Below are positions 59,781-64,000 of a DNA stretch of 64,000 bases, one piece after another. A program made the position numbers and the translations under genes. Each line of letters starts with the position of its first letter. The stretch's first letter is position 1. The notes beneath the pieces are model-generated. The model was not told the origin of the DNA, made no database searches, and worked only from the letters and a program-made list of their open reading frames with translations. Origin of the DNA: a virus (Duplodnaviria; Caudoviricetes); IMG/VR virus record IMGVR_UViG_3300014204_000122, positions 1 to 64,000 of that record, one strand, 5' to 3'.

Positions 59781-59949
59781 TAACCAATTCTGTTATTTCT
59801 AAAATTTCTATATATATATTTTCTAATTCTTTTATTTTTTTTTCTAATTCCTTTTTAACTAAAATTGATTTATTATTTAAAAAAACTAGCTTATTATTTA
59901 ACTCATTTGTTGTTAAATTTTCGTATTTTTTATGTAATAATTCATCCAT
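59755..59949 (-). CDS. small coiled-coil protein
   Basis: 64 aa ORF in operon. Confidence 0.6.
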   Translation of the reverse strand: MDELLHKKYENLTTNELNNKLVFLNNKSILVKKELEKKIKELENIYIEILEITELVNERQNTDS

Positions 59950-59950
59950 T

Positions 59951-60295
59951 TTATTTTTGAGTCTTTTGCATTTCTACAACTTGATTAGCTATGCTTGATA
60001 TGAAAGTATTATCATATTGTGCTCCAGCATCTTTTTTATCATTAGTTACTCTATCTTTAATCATTGCTGCAATTTTAATCACTTTATCTCTTATAGAACC
60101 TTTTACTTTTAAAGAATCATTATATAAATTACCATAAGCATCAAAAGATACTTCATCTGTTGACATTTTGATTTTATAACTATTAATGTTTTCCTGAGCT
60201 TCTGTTAAATCTTCATTTAAATCGCTTAAAATATTTTGAATTAAAGTTTTTAAACCAGTATCATTAATTTCTATCTTTTCTTTATGTATATCCAT
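59951..60295 (-). CDS. hypothetical helical protein
   Basis: 114 aa ORF in operon. Confidence 0.65.
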   Translation of the reverse strand: MDIHKEKIEINDTGLKTLIQNILSDLNEDLTEAQENINSYKIKMSTDEVSFDAYGNLYNDSLKVKGSIRDKVIKIAAMIKDRVTNDKKDAGAQYDNTFISSIANQVVEMQKTQK

Positions 60296-60296
60296 T

Positions 60297-60971
60297 TTAT
60301 TTAGAATTTTCTTCTTTTTCTTTTAAATATATTTTTATCTTCTTTAATGAAGCTATAACTGTATTATTTTTCAAACCAGTGTAATTTAATAATAATCTAT
60401 TAAATTCATTTTTACTACCAAATTCAAGCTTATCCCAGTTGTTTAACATATAAATCAAACAATTACAAACTAATAAATCATTTTTTGTAGTATTTTTTAT
60501 TAAACTAAACATTTTTAATTTAGTAATAACATCTTCTCTTTTTTCATTAAATATTAATATACTACCGCCTTTATCTTCAATCACATTACTAAAATCATCA
60601 ACATCTAAAACGCCACCGTGTCTAGCTATTTTTTTATCATTTTGGATTTTGGCATATAAAATATAGTTTTTTGCAGCAGTTCCAAAATAAGAAAAGGCTT
60701 TAACTGGTTTCCCATCTTTCCCAAGAGTAGAAGGATTAAATTTTTCCATACCTGAAATAATATGATGATATGTATCTTCAAACAAATCTTCACGAGAAAC
60801 TCCTATTATTTTTTGAAACATAGGCATTTGTAAAACGCCATCAACTAAACTTTTAAAAGCCGGATCTATTAAATCTTTGAATAAAGTATTTTTTTCTCTT
60901 TGATTTTCTGAAAGAAGAAACAACCTTATAGCCACTTCTTCTTTTTCTCCAAAATAATTTTTATTTTCCAT
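60297..60971 (-). CDS. phage late sigma factor (T4 gp55-like)
   Basis: N-terminal YF, KFNP...KAFSYFGTAAKNY region-2-like motif; no obvious region 4. Confidence 0.7.
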   Translation of the reverse strand: MENKNYFGEKEEVAIRLFLLSENQREKNTLFKDLIDPAFKSLVDGVLQMPMFQKIIGVSREDLFEDTYHHIISGMEKFNPSTLGKDGKPVKAFSYFGTAAKNYILYAKIQNDKKIARHGGVLDVDDFSNVIEDKGGSILIFNEKREDVITKLKMFSLIKNTTKNDLLVCNCLIYMLNNWDKLEFGSKNEFNRLLLNYTGLKNNTVIASLKKIKIYLKEKEENSK

Positions 60972-61582
60972 TATACTTCTTTAGGTTGATAATCTTTTCT
61001 TGCATTTTCAAATAATTTGATTTTTTCTTCTTTGTCTATTTTTTCTAACGAATAATCAAAACTAACAGATGCTAAAATTTTAGGAACTCCTATAACGTTT
61101 ACTTTTTTAGAAAGAATTTTATTAAGAAATTCAAACTGATAAAAAATGTTTAAATCTTTTTTAAAATTATATTTTTGTAAAATTTTTATTGGAATTAAAC
61201 CTCCATATATAGTAGTATCTAGCTGCATTAGAGCGCCTTGTTTATCTAAAACTCCAGGATCTTGAACTAAACTAGGCCACCATATAGAACTATTAAGAAT
61301 TCCTTTAAAAACATTAGAATTGTCAGATAAGCTAATTAAGGGCAAATATAAACTTTGATCATTATCATAATATTCTTGTATAATAGATAAATAATTATCA
61401 TATAAATAATTATTATTAGGTAATATTATTATATGAGTATATTGGCTATCAATTTCTTTAATAATTTTATTAATAATAGTTGCTTCGTCTTGTTTATCTA
61501 TTGTTTTAACTATTTGAAAATCTATTTCTGGAATATCACTTGGCGTAGTTTCGCCATTTATTATTAATGCTAATATTTTCAT
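60971..61582 (-). CDS. degenerate GT-A (family 2-like) glycosyltransferase
   Basis: IN..IKE......IIIL (DxD position reads PNNN), GGLI...L....F, EFL. Confidence 0.5.
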   Translation of the reverse strand: MKILALIINGETTPSDIPEIDFQIVKTIDKQDEATIINKIIKEIDSQYTHIIILPNNNYLYDNYLSIIQEYYDNDQSLYLPLISLSDNSNVFKGILNSSIWWPSLVQDPGVLDKQGALMQLDTTIYGGLIPIKILQKYNFKKDLNIFYQFEFLNKILSKKVNVIGVPKILASVSFDYSLEKIDKEEKIKLFENARKDYQPKEV

Positions 61583-61583
61583 C

Positions 61584-62201
61584 TTATTTATCTGAATTAG
61601 TTTTAATTATTTGAGCAATCTTTGTTCTTGAAGTTTTCGTTTTAGGAATAACATTTTCATATAATTGTTTTGCTTCAACAAAAGAACATTTACTTAATCT
61701 CATTATTTTTTGAATTTCTGTTTTAAAATCTTGTAGATCTGATAAGGAATTCAAAGAATCAATTGATCTTTTTTGTTCTTGTTGTAATTTTTGAGCAGGC
61801 GTTAGTTTAGTTGAATATCTTTTAATTTGAACATTAGGTTGTGATAATATTTCATTAATTTTTTCATTTTCATCTTTTTCAACAATAGTATTATCTTCTT
61901 CTATATCGCCGTCGTCTTCATTTTGATCTTCAAAATTAATTTCATAATATTGTCTTAATTCTTCGTTAGACGGCATTCCTGATAAATCTATCAACGATTC
62001 TTTTTCTTCTACCAAACCTTCCTCTTTTAAAACGATTGATTCTCCAGTTAAAAGTTTATTATTGATTTCATCAATTGTATCCAATTCTTTTTTCAAATTA
62101 TCTTTTGGCGTAGTGATATCTATAACTTTACTTTTGTTATTTTCTACATGTTCTTTTAAAGCATTTTTTTTTGCTCCAAATACTGATTTTATTTTTGTCA
62201 T
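61584..62201 (-). CDS. acidic hypothetical protein
   Basis: 205 aa, rich in E/D/K. Confidence 0.65.
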   Translation of the reverse strand: MTKIKSVFGAKKNALKEHVENNKSKVIDITTPKDNLKKELDTIDEINNKLLTGESIVLKEEGLVEEKESLIDLSGMPSNEELRQYYEINFEDQNEDDGDIEEDNTIVEKDENEKINEILSQPNVQIKRYSTKLTPAQKLQQEQKRSIDSLNSLSDLQDFKTEIQKIMRLSKCSFVEAKQLYENVIPKTKTSRTKIAQIIKTNSDK

Positions 62202-62212
62202 TGCTTTACTAA

Positions 62213-63397
62213 TTAATTATTTTTATCTATTTTTCCCTCATCTATTAATTTTTCAATAGCCGTAAAGGTTTTTATTTTTTCTTCTTGTAAATTGTTTAAA
62301 ATTTCTATTAAAGATAGTTTAACATTTTCTTCTTTAAAATTATTTAAAACTTTTTCTATTTCTATATTAGAGTGTTTAAAAACAGAAGATGGATTACTAC
62401 TCCAAAGATCACAAAAATTTGCTAGACAATCTGTAATTTCAAATTCATCCATTGTTTCTGTTACATAAAAAGTATCTACTCCTTGGAACGAATTTAAAAA
62501 ACTATTTTTATGTGTTATTACTGGTACTTGTGTTGCTAAAGCTTCTACTAAAGGTGCTGGAATCGCGCTTTTATCATCAGCAAAAATAACTACTGCACAT
62601 TTACTTAATTCATCACAATATTGAGAAATTGATAATTTTTTTAATACTTTAAATTGAAAATAATTAAAATATTTATATTTGTTTGTAAATATATTTACAA
62701 TTTTAGATGCTAATTCCCTATCTCTTATCATTAAACCTATAGTAGGTTTAATTTTTTTAGATTCTAGTGGTGTTAATTTATCAAAATCAACAACATAACT
62801 TGAAACATAATAATTTAGATTTGGAAATAAAGATTGGTAATTATTTTTTATATCTTCTGATATACATATTACATCTTTAAATCCTATAGCTTCCCATGTA
62901 TAACCTGGTTCCATTGAAGCTAATCCATTATATCCTATAGCCAAAACAACTTTATGCAATGGATTAATTTGATAAAAACCTTTCATTATTGTAAAAAAAC
63001 CATCAGGGATTATAATAGTATCAGAAGGTGCAAATTTGTATTCAGCCGCTCCTCCTTCTTTAGAGCTAACATAATCTTTTTTAATATCTTTAGCCCAGTC
63101 AAAATCAAACCATTTAGGAATAAAACCTTTAACTTCGTGTAAAACAATTGTTTTATACCCTAGTTCTTGTGTTATTTTAGCATATTCGTATATAATTTTA
63201 ACTAAAGAACAGCCAAAAGGAATGTCTGGACAATAAAAAATATATCTATTTTCTTTACTTGCTAATTCATCAAAAATATAATCTACTTTTTTATATCTAT
63301 TTTCCTGTCTTTCTTCAAAAGGTAATTGTTTATCTTCTTGAATCTTTCTTGCATTCTCAAGTTCTTTAGCAAATGGTGATTTTTCTTTTTTTTTCAT
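62213..63397 (-). CDS. GT-B (family 4-like) glycosyltransferase, divergent
   Basis: IYEYA...GY....LHE, DTIIIPD, SAIPAPLVEALA..VPVI. Confidence 0.65.
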   Translation of the reverse strand: MKKKEKSPFAKELENARKIQEDKQLPFEERQENRYKKVDYIFDELASKENRYIFYCPDIPFGCSLVKIIYEYAKITQELGYKTIVLHEVKGFIPKWFDFDWAKDIKKDYVSSKEGGAAEYKFAPSDTIIIPDGFFTIMKGFYQINPLHKVVLAIGYNGLASMEPGYTWEAIGFKDVICISEDIKNNYQSLFPNLNYYVSSYVVDFDKLTPLESKKIKPTIGLMIRDRELASKIVNIFTNKYKYFNYFQFKVLKKLSISQYCDELSKCAVVIFADDKSAIPAPLVEALATQVPVITHKNSFLNSFQGVDTFYVTETMDEFEITDCLANFCDLWSSNPSSVFKHSNIEIEKVLNNFKEENVKLSLIEILNNLQEEKIKTFTAIEKLIDEGKIDKNN

Positions 63398-63399
63398 TT

Positions 63400-63996
63400 T
63401 TATTTTTTATTAGGTCTAACTTTAACTTTATTTTTTTTTGATTTGTTTCTTTTTGGTTTATTTTCTTTTTCTTTTTCTATAACCAATCCTTTTTCTACCC
63501 CTTCCAACCAATCGAGAAATTTATTATTTTGTAAAGTATAATCAATTTTTTCATTTTTAAATTGTTCTAAAGGATCAAATATATCAAAAAATTCTGGTCT
63601 TCTTCTAACGAGTTCGTCTGATGATCCTATATATATTAATTCTTTAAAAATTACTCTTGATTTACTTAAAAAAGCTAAAGTATTTGGGATTTTTCTTCCA
63701 AAAGCTCCTTTATCTATTAAAACTACATCGCATAATTTACTTTGACAAATATTAATAAACTCTGTATTAATTTTCTTTAAAGTTTCTGCAGGTGAATAAA
63801 GATTAAAAACCCAAGCTTCTAAAAAATTTGTTAAATCAGTAAGACTAAAAAAATAAGATCTAAAAGTATAATCAAAATTTGGACCATATACAGGAGTGGG
63901 CGTTTTAATATAAAAATCATAAGCTTCTCTACTATTTTGACTTAACTCTTTAAAATAAGTAGAATTTGTATTTTTATTTTCAGTTTCTTTTGCCAT
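63400..63996 (-). CDS. hypothetical protein, possibly 5'-partial
   Basis: The frame stays open at the window edge; IPNTLAFLSK weakly suggests a HAD 5'-nucleotidase-like protein. Confidence 0.5.
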   Translation of the reverse strand: MAKETENKNTNSTYFKELSQNSREAYDFYIKTPTPVYGPNFDYTFRSYFFSLTDLTNFLEAWVFNLYSPAETLKKINTEFINICQSKLCDVVLIDKGAFGRKIPNTLAFLSKSRVIFKELIYIGSSDELVRRRPEFFDIFDPLEQFKNEKIDYTLQNNKFLDWLEGVEKGLVIEKEKENKPKRNKSKKNKVKVRPNKK

Positions 63997-64000
63997 CTCT

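Noticed and set aside
1981-63142. Short antisense or nested ORFs in the track (e.g. 1981..2190, 3369..3602, 19480..19809, 30053..30493, 41212..41589, 54683..54895)
   Set aside because: They lie within or opposite well-supported genes and have no motifs, so they are treated as shadow ORFs.
1-64000. Stop-codon reassignment, as seen in some large Bacteroidota phages
   Set aside because: Code 11 gives dense, full-length genes, and TAG ends genes at sensible positions (e.g. 9122, 24918).
1-64000. tRNA, rRNA, introns or inteins
   Set aside because: Intergenic gaps are short and very AT-rich with no cloverleaf seen; thyA, the helicase and the PolA-like gene are uninterrupted. A tRNAscan/Infernal run would be needed to be certain.

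Overview
This is a very AT-rich 64 kb segment of a large (probably jumbo) contractile-tailed dsDNA phage in the standard genetic code. The host is most likely Bacteroidota, judged from TTTG-N20-TAnnTTTA promoters, A-rich start contexts with no Shine-Dalgarno sequence, and signal peptides ending at Gln. The first 13.3 kb is a dense block of small early/accessory ORFs (SLOG-like, DHH phosphoesterase, thioredoxin, metallophosphoesterase, S3-like KH protein, YopX, membrane-HAD fusion). From 13.4 to 27 kb come a metallophosphoesterase, thyA, a homing-endonuclease-like gene pair, a gp26-like tail assembly protein with a probable +1/-2 frameshift, a tape measure protein, a repeat-bearing tail/baseplate protein and a divergent PolA. 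From 27.9 to 64 kb (mostly minus strand) are lysis and tail-fibre genes, a gp2-like protein, SNF2 helicase, macrodomain, gp6/gp25/gp5-like baseplate genes, a gp55-like sigma factor and eroded glycosyltransferases. The most notable features are: a dispersed modular protein family sharing the leader LIEKLEKLxNKKVILE (candidate capsid-targeting/protease signal) with swappable cargo and LRR-like domains; a candidate late promoter ATATTTA; the unannotated frameshift; and a family of long intergenic palindromes. All calls come from reading motifs by eye; no searches were run.
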